The translations under genes were made by a program, and so were the position numbers. The notes under the pieces were generated by a model, which saw nothing but the letters and a program-made list of their open reading frames with translations, made no database searches and was not told the DNA's origin. DNA of 64,000 nucleotides from an uncultured Rhodobacterales bacterium (GTDB lineage Bacteria; Pseudomonadota; Alphaproteobacteria; Rhodobacterales; Rhodobacteraceae): the NCBI GenBank assembly GCA_964425135.1, contig CAYRKW010000003.1, forward strand, positions 618 through 64,617. Direction: 5' to 3'. Of this stretch, positions 34,672-43,056 are shown one piece after another; within the stretch, counting starts at the first letter, position 1, and every line of letters starts with the position of its first letter.

Positions 34672-36036
34672 TTAAAGGTGATGGTAGTCTTCAACGCCAA
34701 CCGTGTGGTTGGTGCCCGCAAGCGGAACGCCTGCCATGGCGGATGCTTCCATCGTGAGCGCTGCCAGATCTTCCGGCTCAAGGCTGTGCAGATTGGTCTT
34801 ACCACAGGCGCGGGCAAAGAGCTGCGCTTCGATGGTTAGCGTGTGCAGGAAGTTGTAGACCCGCTCGGCGGCTTCATCGGGATCAAGACGCTCGCGCAGT
34901 TTTGGGTCTTGCGTGGCCACGCCGACCGGACAACGGCCTGTGTGACAGTGATAGCAATAGCCTGGCTCTGCGCCAATTTCCTCAGGGTAGTTCGCCTCCG
35001 GGATATCCTTATTGCAATTGAGCGCCATCATCACCGAGTGACCCAGAGCAATCGCATCCGCGCCCAAAGCAATCGCCTTGGCCACATCCGCACCGTTACG
35101 CACACCGCCCGCGTAGATCAGGCTGATCTCGCCGCGCTTGCCCAGATCGTCGATGGCCTTGCGGGCCTGACGGATCGCAGCAATGCCCGGAACGCCGGTA
35201 TCTTCGGTGGCAAGGTGCGGACCAGCGCCGGTGCCGCCTTCCATACCATCAATATATATGCTGTCCGGGTTACATTTGACCGCCATGCGCACGTCATCAT
35301 AGACCCGCGCCGCGCCCAGTTTGAGCTGGATCGGAATCTGGCCGTTGGTCACTTCGCGGATTTCCTCGATCTTCAGCGCCAGATCGTCCGGTCCCAGCCA
35401 ATCCGGGTGACGGGCAGGGGAGCGTTGGTCGATACCAGCAGGCAGGGAGCGCATCTCGGCAACCTGATCGGTGACTTTTTGACCCATCAAGTGACCGCCA
35501 AGGCCAACTTTGCAGCCCTGGCCGATGAAGAATTCGCATCCGTCTGCAAGAACAAGGTGGTTGGGGTTAAAGCCGTAGCGCGACTGAATGCACTGGTAGA
35601 ACCATTTCGAGCTATAGCGCCGCTCGTCCGGGATCATCCCGCCTTCGCCTGAGCAGGTCGCAGTACCCGCCATGGTCGCACCGCGCGCCAGCGCCGTTTT
35701 GGCTTCATAGGAAAGCGCGCCGAAGCTCATGCCCGTCACATAGACCGGAATGTCCAGATCAAGCGGACGTCCCGCATTTGGCCCGATGATCGTGCGGGTT
35801 TCACATTTCTCCCGATATCCCTCGATGACAAAGCGGGTCAGGGTGCCCGGCAGAAATGTCAGATCATCCCAATGCGGGATTTTCTTGAACAGCGAAAAGC
35901 CCCGCATCCGATACCGGCCCAGCTCGGCCTTGATATGGATGTCGTCCATGACGCGCGGCGGAAAGACAAAGCTCTCTCCAAGCCGGTTAACATCACGGGG
36001 CAGGGCGGGTTTGCGTGGCATGTCTCCGTCGGCCAT
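34672..36036 (-). CDS. mgsC: N-methylglutamate synthase subunit C (FMN-binding glutamate-synthase domain-2 family)
   Basis: Start placed at MADGDMPRK (RBS AAAGGAAA). FMN/TIM-barrel motif ISLIYAGGVRNGADVAKAIALGADAIALG. It is linked to mgsA, mgsB and gmaS. Confidence 0.85.
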   Translation of the reverse strand: MADGDMPRKPALPRDVNRLGESFVFPPRVMDDIHIKAELGRYRMRGFSLFKKIPHWDDLTFLPGTLTRFVIEGYREKCETRTIIGPNAGRPLDLDIPVYVTGMSFGALSYEAKTALARGATMAGTATCSGEGGMIPDERRYSSKWFYQCIQSRYGFNPNHLVLADGCEFFIGQGCKVGLGGHLMGQKVTDQVAEMRSLPAGIDQRSPARHPDWLGPDDLALKIEEIREVTNGQIPIQLKLGAARVYDDVRMAVKCNPDSIYIDGMEGGTGAGPHLATEDTGVPGIAAIRQARKAIDDLGKRGEISLIYAGGVRNGADVAKAIALGADAIALGHSVMMALNCNKDIPEANYPEEIGAEPGYCYHCHTGRCPVGVATQDPKLRERLDPDEAAERVYNFLHTLTIEAQLFARACGKTNLHSLEPEDLAALTMEASAMAGVPLAGTNHTVGVEDYHHL

Positions 36037-36085
36037 TTGTATTTCCTTTCGGTGCGTACCCATCAGGCACGAGAATTCTGGAGGA

Positions 36086-36109
36086 GGCCCCGGATCGATG
36101 TCCGGGGCC
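36086..36109 (-). repeat. Intercistronic GC hairpin GGCCCCGGA-N6-TCCGGGGCC (mgsB/mgsC gap)
   Basis: Read directly. 9-bp perfect stem. Confidence 0.6.
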
Positions 36110-36124
36110 GCGTTGCAACGTTGC

Positions 36125-36994
36125 TTACAAGATCAGCTTCTTCTCGTTTGGCTCGAGATTGTCGTAGTTCCAAAGCTGCTTGCCTGCGACGATCTTGGTG
36201 AAGTGATCCACGCCCTTGTCGGGCATCATGCCGTATTGGGTCAGCTTGCGCGTGAGCCACGCCTTGTCGAGATCGGTGAGTTCGGCCTCGACAGCATCCA
36301 CACCGCAAGAGGCAATATCACCGCCGATGTAGATGGTGCCGTCATACATACTATCGCCAAGGTTTTTGCCTGCATTGCCGCAGACCACCATCCGGCCTCG
36401 CTGCATCATAAAGCCCGACAGCGCGCCGGTGTCGCCACCCACGATGATCGTGCCGCCCTTCATATCGATGCCTGTGCGCGAGCCGACAGAGCCGCGACAC
36501 ACCAGATCACCGCCGCGGATCGCCGCACCAAAGGTGGAGCCTGCGTTCTTTTCGATCATCACTGTGCCGGACATCATGTTCTCTCCACAAGACCAGCCAA
36601 CGCGGCCATTGATGCGCACATTCGGCCCGTCGATCAGACCAACGCCGAAGTATCCGGTTGATCCTTCGATGATCAGGTTGAGCTTTGAGAGGATCCCCAC
36701 GCCCAGCGAGTGCATGCCGCGTGGGTTCTGGATGACAATCGTGCCGTATCCCTCAGCCATCAACTCGCGGATCGCGCTGTTGATTTGGGTCGTTGTTTTG
36801 CCATCCGCGTCAATCTCGGTGCGCTTGTTGAAATCAACATCCGGCGCCCATGGGTAGGTGAAGCGCTCGGACGCATCCTCATCAAACTCGATGTAGAGCG
36901 AGCGACCGGTAAGCTGTTCGGTGGTCATGCCCAGAGCAGCCACCCGCTCCTCCTGGGTCATCTGCTTAAGTTCGGCGTCAGATACGGCTGCCAT
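36125..36994 (-). CDS. mgsB: N-methylglutamate synthase subunit B (GXGXG-motif, glutamate-synthase domain-3-like)
   Basis: 289 aa with repeated GxGxG beta-helix motifs (GSTGYFGVG, GSVGSRTGI, GGDTGALSG, GNAGKNLG). Confidence 0.85.
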   Translation of the reverse strand: MAAVSDAELKQMTQEERVAALGMTTEQLTGRSLYIEFDEDASERFTYPWAPDVDFNKRTEIDADGKTTTQINSAIRELMAEGYGTIVIQNPRGMHSLGVGILSKLNLIIEGSTGYFGVGLIDGPNVRINGRVGWSCGENMMSGTVMIEKNAGSTFGAAIRGGDLVCRGSVGSRTGIDMKGGTIIVGGDTGALSGFMMQRGRMVVCGNAGKNLGDSMYDGTIYIGGDIASCGVDAVEAELTDLDKAWLTRKLTQYGMMPDKGVDHFTKIVAGKQLWNYDNLEPNEKKLIL

Positions 36995-37026
36995 TTGGCC
37001 CCTCCGTCAGTGTTGATGTCGTGCCC

Positions 37027-37082
37027 GCCCCGGGCTTGACCCGGGGCCTCGCGTTCAGGAGGTCCCGGATCAGGTCCGGGAC
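37027..37082 (-). repeat. Two adjacent intercistronic GC hairpins (GCCCCGGG-N5-CCCGGGGC and GTCCCGGA-N5-TCCGGGAC) in the mgsA/mgsB gap
   Basis: Read directly. Two 8-bp perfect stems. Confidence 0.6.
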
Positions 37083-37093
37083 GCGCCCGTCTA

Positions 37094-38032
37094 CTAAGCC
37101 TGCCATACCCGAACCTCCTCGTCATATGGGTCTGTTGTATCGATTTCTTGGGGCAAAATCGCGCGAATGGCGACTTCTTCGGAGGCCATGGCGATCAGAT
37201 CGTCCGACTCGTAAAGGACGAGCGGTTTCGCTGCCATAGTGTCCTTGGCCATACCAAGCTGATCCTTGGTTGCCACCAGATAGGTGAACACGCCGTCGAT
37301 ATCTTCAATAGACGCACGAAGGGTGTCCTCAAGTGACTTCCCGTTGGCCATGTGATGCGCGACATAGACCGCCAAAAGCTCGCTATCACAGTTGGACTGG
37401 AAGCGATGGCCCTTGCGTTCCATTTCCCGTCGCATGATCCAGTAGTTGGTGATCTGTCCGTTGTGAACGACGCTCACATCGTTGTAGGGGAATGCCCAGT
37501 AGGGGTGGGCCGAACGGATATCGACGTCCGATTCCGTGGCCATGCGTGTGTGGCCGATCCCATGGGTGCCTTTGAACTTATCAAGATCATAGGCCTCGGA
37601 TACATCTGTTGCATCGCCTAGATCCTTGATCAACTCCAGACCGGAGCCGATCGAGAGGATTTCCACGCCTTCCTGCTCTTCCAGATGCGTGGCCAGGTCT
37701 TCCATTTCACCGTCAAATGACATCTCTATGCGCATGGCATAGGCGGTGTCTTCGGATTTTTTCTTGATCTTGACCTTATGCTCTTTGAGGACCGCATCCA
37801 CGGCAGCCTTGCGCTCTTCGAGCACCGCATGAATGCCGCGACCGCGGTCCATATCTTCGGCCTCCGCCACTTTGAGGCGCATGATATATTCGCCCTGTTT
37901 CAACGGCTCGCCATAGACCGCGTAGCCAGTGCTGTCTGGTCCACGGTGTTTTAACGCTTGCAACATCGAGGTCATCTGCGCCCCGACATCCGCCTTTTTG
38001 CCTTTGTGAATAAGGCCTGCAATTCCGCACAT
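37094..38032 (-). CDS. mgsA: N-methylglutamate synthase subunit A (class-II glutamine amidotransferase-like)
   Basis: 312 aa with N-terminal nucleophile MCGIAGL and RBS AAGGAG. Confidence 0.85.
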   Translation of the reverse strand: MCGIAGLIHKGKKADVGAQMTSMLQALKHRGPDSTGYAVYGEPLKQGEYIMRLKVAEAEDMDRGRGIHAVLEERKAAVDAVLKEHKVKIKKKSEDTAYAMRIEMSFDGEMEDLATHLEEQEGVEILSIGSGLELIKDLGDATDVSEAYDLDKFKGTHGIGHTRMATESDVDIRSAHPYWAFPYNDVSVVHNGQITNYWIMRREMERKGHRFQSNCDSELLAVYVAHHMANGKSLEDTLRASIEDIDGVFTYLVATKDQLGMAKDTMAAKPLVLYESDDLIAMASEEVAIRAILPQEIDTTDPYDEEVRVWQA

Positions 38033-38050
38033 AGCGTATATACTCCTTGA

Positions 38051-38194
38051 TCAGTCGGCAAACGGTGGGCTTGATCCGCCACCATCACCTGCCTCGCGGC
38101 ACTGTTTTTCCGAATGGATGCATTTATTGTTGTTGCAGTATCCCTCAGCACTGATGCCAGCGCCGCATTTAGGGCATGTGCTTACGGTAGGCAT
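38051..38194 (-). CDS. Candidate 47-aa Cys-rich (zinc-ribbon-like) micro-protein between gmaS and mgsA
   Basis: The ATG overlaps the gmaS stop codon (TAATG). Translation is MPTVSTCPKCGAGISAEGYCNNNKCIHSEKQCREAGDGGGSSPPFAD (CxxC-x9-CxxxxC-x6-C). The stop lies just before the mgsA RBS. Caveat: third-position G+C is only about 52% by hand count, lower than I expect for the flanking genes, whose GC3 I did not count. Confidence 0.45.
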   Translation of the reverse strand: MPTVSTCPKCGAGISAEGYCNNNKCIHSEKQCREAGDGGGSSPPFAD

Positions 38195-39672
38195 TACGGC
38201 AGACACTCCATGTAAGTTTCGTTGTCCCAATCGGTCACAGTGGACATGAAGCGGGCATATTCGTCGTGCTTGTACTCGTGGAAGAGACGGTACATCTCGC
38301 CGGGCATACCGCGACGAACAACATCGCTGTTCTCCAGATGCGCAAGCGCTTCGCCCAGAGACATCGGCAGCTTTTTGACATCCTTGCCGTCTTTGATGGC
38401 GTCGTAGATGTTGCGCTCTTCGGGCTCGCCCGGATCAAGCTGGTTGTCGATACCGTCATCCATGGCTGCCAAAAGCGTGGTGCCCATCAGGTACGGGTTC
38501 ACCATACTATCGACCGAGCGGTACTCGAAACGACCCGGTGCCGAGACCCGCAAGCCTGTTGTCCGGTTCTGGAAGCCCCAATCGGCAAAGACCGGCGCCC
38601 AGAAACCCGTATCCCACAGGCGACGGTAAGAGTTGACCGTCGAACAGCCCACAGCCGTCAAAGCCTGCAGGTGTGTCACCACACCGCCGATGGCCTCAAG
38701 CCCTTCTTTGCCGGGCATTTGCGGATCATCATCGTCGGGCATGAAGGTGTTCTCGCCGCCCTTCACATACATGTAGTTTTCGGCCATGCCGGGCAGATCT
38801 TTTGGATCGTTTCCGCATTTGACCAATTCATCCTCACCGCCGCGCCAGAGCGACATGTTGTGGTGACAGCCAGAGGCTGAAACGCCCATGAAGGGTTTGG
38901 TCATGAAACAGGCGAAAATGCCGTTTTCACGGGCAACCTGCGCACAGATTTGACGATACGTTGTCAGGCGGTCCGCGTTGCGCAGCACATCGTCGAACAT
39001 CCAGTTCAGCTCCAACTGACCCGGCGCATCCTCGTGATCGCCCTGGATCATATCGAGACCCATTTTGCGGGCATAGCGGATCACCTGCATGGAGACAGGG
39101 CGCAGGCTCTCGAACTGGTCGATGTGATAGCAATATGGCTTCGAATACCCGTCCTTGGGCTTGCCGTTCTCATCAAACTTGAGCCACATCATCTCCGGCT
39201 CGGTTCCGATCCGCAGGCTGCGTCCGTGCTTTTTCTTGAAGTCATCATGCATGCGGCGCAGATTGCCCCGGCAATCGGCAGTCAGATAGCCGCCAGGATC
39301 AACCTTTTCCTCGCGATTGCGGAAAAGCGTGCAGTAAAACCGTCCAATGGTGGGGGCCCATGGCAATTGCATGAAGGTTTCTGGCTCAGGAATACCGACC
39401 AGCTCGGCAGCTTCGGGACCGTAGCCCAGATAATTGCCTGCGCGGTCTGTGAACAGGTTCACCGTTGCGCCGTAAACGAGCTGGAAGCCCTTTTTGGCAA
39501 CGCTTTCCCAGTGGTCGGACGGGATGCCTTTGCCCATGATCTTGCCGGTCACAGAGACGAATTGCAGATAGAGATATTCGATCCCCATCGCATCAATCAT
39601 CTTTCGGACTTCTTTGATTTTCTCGTCGCGACCCTTCGCGTCTACAAACCGTTCAAGATCAGTCTCAGCCAC
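38194..39672 (-). CDS. gmaS: Gamma-glutamylmethylamide synthetase (glutamine-synthetase-like)
   Basis: 492-aa GS catalytic-domain protein (KPFMGVSASGCHHNMSLW) with a GTG start and RBS AGGGAGAG. It lies immediately upstream of mgsABC, as in described NMG-pathway clusters. Confidence 0.8.
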   Translation of the reverse strand: MAETDLERFVDAKGRDEKIKEVRKMIDAMGIEYLYLQFVSVTGKIMGKGIPSDHWESVAKKGFQLVYGATVNLFTDRAGNYLGYGPEAAELVGIPEPETFMQLPWAPTIGRFYCTLFRNREEKVDPGGYLTADCRGNLRRMHDDFKKKHGRSLRIGTEPEMMWLKFDENGKPKDGYSKPYCYHIDQFESLRPVSMQVIRYARKMGLDMIQGDHEDAPGQLELNWMFDDVLRNADRLTTYRQICAQVARENGIFACFMTKPFMGVSASGCHHNMSLWRGGEDELVKCGNDPKDLPGMAENYMYVKGGENTFMPDDDDPQMPGKEGLEAIGGVVTHLQALTAVGCSTVNSYRRLWDTGFWAPVFADWGFQNRTTGLRVSAPGRFEYRSVDSMVNPYLMGTTLLAAMDDGIDNQLDPGEPEERNIYDAIKDGKDVKKLPMSLGEALAHLENSDVVRRGMPGEMYRLFHEYKHDEYARFMSTVTDWDNETYMECLP

Positions 39673-39739
39673 AATGTCTCTCCCTTGCTGTTGTTATGCG
39701 GGCTTTTTGCCCGTCATTATTTATGCGTTGTGCCGGGTA

Positions 39740-41083
39740 TCAGCTCCACGGATAGGGGCTGTTGGAAACCGGATGCAGATTGCCCTTTTCGAACCGGTCA
39801 AAGCGGAACGGCTCAAGCAATGATTGCGTTTCTCCCATCACCTCGTCGGCAGTCAAATGGCCAACGCCGATCATTTTCCAGCCGTGGTTGCTGTCGGCAA
39901 TCACATGCACGTTCTCGCGAAACTTGTCGAAAACCGGGAAACTGTCGGCCGTAAAGCACCCGATACCGCCCGAGGCTTCGCGGTGATATTTGGGCATCAT
40001 ACCCTCATAACGCTTCTGGCAATGCGCCAAGGCGCTCACCCACATATGCGCAAACTCCGGACCGGAGACGAACTCAGGGCTCGACGGACCATAGGGATCA
40101 ATCGCGACCTTATCGACGGGCGTCTCAACCTTGTAAGGGCTCGCTCCGCCCTGAATGCCGCCGAAATGATGATCGGGCTTATAGTAAATGCCCCACATCT
40201 CTTCGGTGATGATCGAGCCGTCCACGTCAGAGATCAGCGGCGCGTCCGTGTCCACATGGATCACCGGCGCCATAGTGCCATCATCGGCATAGCCAAGCTC
40301 TGGATCAATGTTCAGCACACCTTCCTCAAGCTGCCAATAGCGCCACATATCGACATTCTCATGCACCTCGCCGCTCAGATCCTTGACGGTGATCTGTTTG
40401 GGCATATCGAGCATATCCCAGAAGTCGCGGACCCAAGGGCCAGCGCCAATGATCAGCTGGCCGCAGGCAATCGTGCCTTTGTCAGTCTCAACCGCTGAAA
40501 CTGCGCCGGTACCATTTGACGAGACCAGCTCCTTGACCGTCACGCCCGTGATGATGCGCACGCCCAACTCCTCGACTTTGCTGGCAAGCCCGTACATGGA
40601 TTTGGTGTTGTTCGAGTATCCGCCGCGCTTTTCGTGCAAGACCGACGTGATATTCTGCGCCTGCCAGTCGCCAAAATAGCCGCGCATATAAGACGTGCTC
40701 TCGTTAGCGCCCTCGATGAATGTGCTTTCATAGCCGATGGCCTGCTGTTGCTCATAGATCGAGCGGACGTCCTCGCGCATGCTTTCAGAGCTGATCTGCA
40801 TGTAGCCAACCGGATGATAGCTGAGCACCTCTGCGTCGCTTTCCCAAACATCGACCGAATGCGCCATCAACTCGCGCATCGCTGGCTGGAAGTAGTTGTT
40901 GCGCACAACGCCGCAGGCAATCCCGCTGGCACCCGCTGCAATGCCGGATTTTTCGAGGACAACGATTTTACCTTCGACCGCTTTCCCTTTGGCTGCCAGC
41001 CGCTCGGCCAGACGCCATGCAGTTGATAGACCATGGATGCCAGCCCCGATGATCAGGTATTCGGCGTGCTCTGGAAATGCCAT
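39740..41083 (-). CDS. FAD-dependent oxidoreductase, DAO/sarcosine-oxidase-beta-like
   Basis: 447 aa with N-terminal dinucleotide fold YLIIGAGIHGLSTAWRLAE. It is the first gene of the minus-strand methylamine operon. Confidence 0.85.
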   Translation of the reverse strand: MAFPEHAEYLIIGAGIHGLSTAWRLAERLAAKGKAVEGKIVVLEKSGIAAGASGIACGVVRNNYFQPAMRELMAHSVDVWESDAEVLSYHPVGYMQISSESMREDVRSIYEQQQAIGYESTFIEGANESTSYMRGYFGDWQAQNITSVLHEKRGGYSNNTKSMYGLASKVEELGVRIITGVTVKELVSSNGTGAVSAVETDKGTIACGQLIIGAGPWVRDFWDMLDMPKQITVKDLSGEVHENVDMWRYWQLEEGVLNIDPELGYADDGTMAPVIHVDTDAPLISDVDGSIITEEMWGIYYKPDHHFGGIQGGASPYKVETPVDKVAIDPYGPSSPEFVSGPEFAHMWVSALAHCQKRYEGMMPKYHREASGGIGCFTADSFPVFDKFRENVHVIADSNHGWKMIGVGHLTADEVMGETQSLLEPFRFDRFEKGNLHPVSNSPYPWS

Positions 41084-41252
41084 GACTTGTCCTTTTTGTC
41101 CCGCGAGCCGAATCTTCGCTCGGCGCTCAAATCCAGCTCAGACCGTATGCGATTCGTACCAAAAATCAACCCATTCTGATCCAGTTTGAACGTTACGCTT
41201 GCGGCTTAGGTTATATTGGTATAAAAATGGACTAGTTAGTTAGGATCCCTAG

Positions 41253-41936
41253 ATGAACCAGCCCATCAAGATTGGTGCCGCGGAAGTCGCGTCACTATTG
41301 CGCCGCGATATCCTCGATGGGGTGCGCAGCTTTAAGGACCGTCTTCCGTCAGAACGCGACCTTGCCGCGACCCATGGGGTTGCGCGCGGGACGGTGCGCG
41401 AAGCGCTCAATCGCCTGGCGGATGACGGGCTGATCGAGATCAAACGTGGCTCTGGCGCTTATGTCAGTTATCAGGACGAGGTTGCGGCCAATTCAGTCGT
41501 CGCGAATGCTCGCCCGCTGGAGCTGATCGACGCACGTTTCGCGCTGGAGCCGCATATTTGCCGTCTGGCGGTCCTACACGCCCGTCCCTCCGACCTCGAT
41601 CACGCCGAGGCGATCCTGTCCAAGATGGAACAGGATGTGGAAAATCACACGCAATTTGCTGAAAACGACAAAGCGTTTCACAGTCTTCTGGCCGAGATCA
41701 CCGGCAACAGCCTGCTGATCTGGATCATGGCGCAAATCAACACAGTACGCGGCGAGGATCAATGGGCGCAGATGCGTCAGATCACGCTCGATCCGCAGAT
41801 GATCGCGACCTACAACCTGCAGCACCGGCAAATTCTCAATGCGATCAAAACCCGCGAGGCGGAGCGGGCTGCGGTTCTGATGAAAGAGCATCTGGAATCT
41901 GCGCGCACGTCCCTTACACGCGCGATTGCCACCTAA
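41253..41936 (+). CDS. GntR family (FadR/FCD subfamily) transcriptional regulator
   Basis: N-terminal wHTH LPSERDLAATHGVARGTVREALNRLADDGLIEIKRGSGAYV plus a helical FCD-type C-terminal domain. It is divergent from the methylamine operon. Confidence 0.85.
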   Translation: MNQPIKIGAAEVASLLRRDILDGVRSFKDRLPSERDLAATHGVARGTVREALNRLADDGLIEIKRGSGAYVSYQDEVAANSVVANARPLELIDARFALEPHICRLAVLHARPSDLDHAEAILSKMEQDVENHTQFAENDKAFHSLLAEITGNSLLIWIMAQINTVRGEDQWAQMRQITLDPQMIATYNLQHRQILNAIKTREAERAAVLMKEHLESARTSLTRAIAT

Positions 41937-42000
41937 CACGAAAAACGGTTTCGCAGCCGTTGCGACATGTTAGGGTGGCGGCAAAAAGGATGCTGTCGTC

Positions 42001-42969
42001 ATGTCTGACCCGTTTTTCCAACCCGTCTCGGGCTTTGATCTGCCCCGCTTTGCAGGCGTTCCGAGCTTTATGCGCCTTCCTGTTGTCTCAATCGATGCGC
42101 CGATTGCTCGGGATGTGCAACTTGGGCTGATCGGTGTGCCTTGGGATGCGGGCACGACCAATCGCCCCGGCCCAAGGCATGGTCCGCGCCAGATGCGCGA
42201 CTATTCGACGATGATCCGGCGGATCAATCCAGCCACAGGCGTTGATCCGTTTGATCTGGTAAACTGCGCGGATCTGGGCGATGTCGGGCCGAACCCGGCG
42301 GATTTGCAAGACAGTATGGACCGGATTACGGCGTTTTATCGCGCAGTGCGCGAGGCGGGAATTGTGCCGATGTCGGTTGGTGGGGATCATTTGTGCTCGC
42401 TGCCGATCCTGCGTGGCCTTGCGGACAACGGACCGCTGGCGATGATCCATTTCGATGCGCATACGGATTTGTTCGAGAGTTATTTCGGTGGGTTCAAATA
42501 CACGCACGGCACGCCGTTCCGCCGCGCCATCGAAGAAGGCCTGCTTGATCCCAAAAAGGTCGTGCAGATCGGTATTCGGGGCACCATGTATGATGGCGAG
42601 GATATCGAGTTCGGCCGTTCGGTCGGGGTGCGGATCATTATGATCGAGGAGGTGTTCGAGCGTGGGATTGCCGATGTCATGGCCGAAGCGCGGCAGATCG
42701 TTGGCGACAGACCGACCTATTGCTCTTATGACATCGACTTTATCGATCCTGCTTTTGCGCCCGGAACGGGGACGCCGGAAATCGGCGGGCCGAACAGCTT
42801 TCAGGCCCAGCAGGTTGTGCGTGCCCTGGAAGGCGTCAATCTGATTGGTGCGGATTTGGTAGAAGTGTCACCGCCGTTTGATCAAAGTGGCGGGACGGCA
42901 TGGCTTGGCATATCGATTGTGTTTGAGTTGATGTGCGTTCTTGCCCAAGCCATCGAGCGGCGCGGGTAA
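42001..42969 (+). CDS. Agmatinase/ureohydrolase (arginase superfamily) protein
   Basis: Mn-binding motifs GGDHLCSLP, HFDAHTDL and SYDIDFIDPAFAPGTGTPEIGG. Confidence 0.85.
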   Translation: MSDPFFQPVSGFDLPRFAGVPSFMRLPVVSIDAPIARDVQLGLIGVPWDAGTTNRPGPRHGPRQMRDYSTMIRRINPATGVDPFDLVNCADLGDVGPNPADLQDSMDRITAFYRAVREAGIVPMSVGGDHLCSLPILRGLADNGPLAMIHFDAHTDLFESYFGGFKYTHGTPFRRAIEEGLLDPKKVVQIGIRGTMYDGEDIEFGRSVGVRIIMIEEVFERGIADVMAEARQIVGDRPTYCSYDIDFIDPAFAPGTGTPEIGGPNSFQAQQVVRALEGVNLIGADLVEVSPPFDQSGGTAWLGISIVFELMCVLAQAIERRG

Positions 42970-42978
42970 GTCAGCAGA

Positions 42979-43055
42979 GAGGCGATCTGGCGATCGCCTC
43001 GCGTCATTTGATATGCGCTTGCGCGCGCAGCGGGATATTTTCCGAACCAAAGAAG
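42979..43055 (+). repeat. Dispersed element placed just after a stop codon, copy C (fills the agmatinase/GGT convergent gap)
   Basis: Hairpin GAGGCGATC-TGGC-GATCGCCTC, then GCGTCATTTGATATGCGCTTGCGCGCGCAGCGGGATATTTTCCGAACCAAAGAAG. This is the reverse complement of the core seen at 31047 and 62140. Confidence 0.7.
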
Positions 43056-43056
43056 C

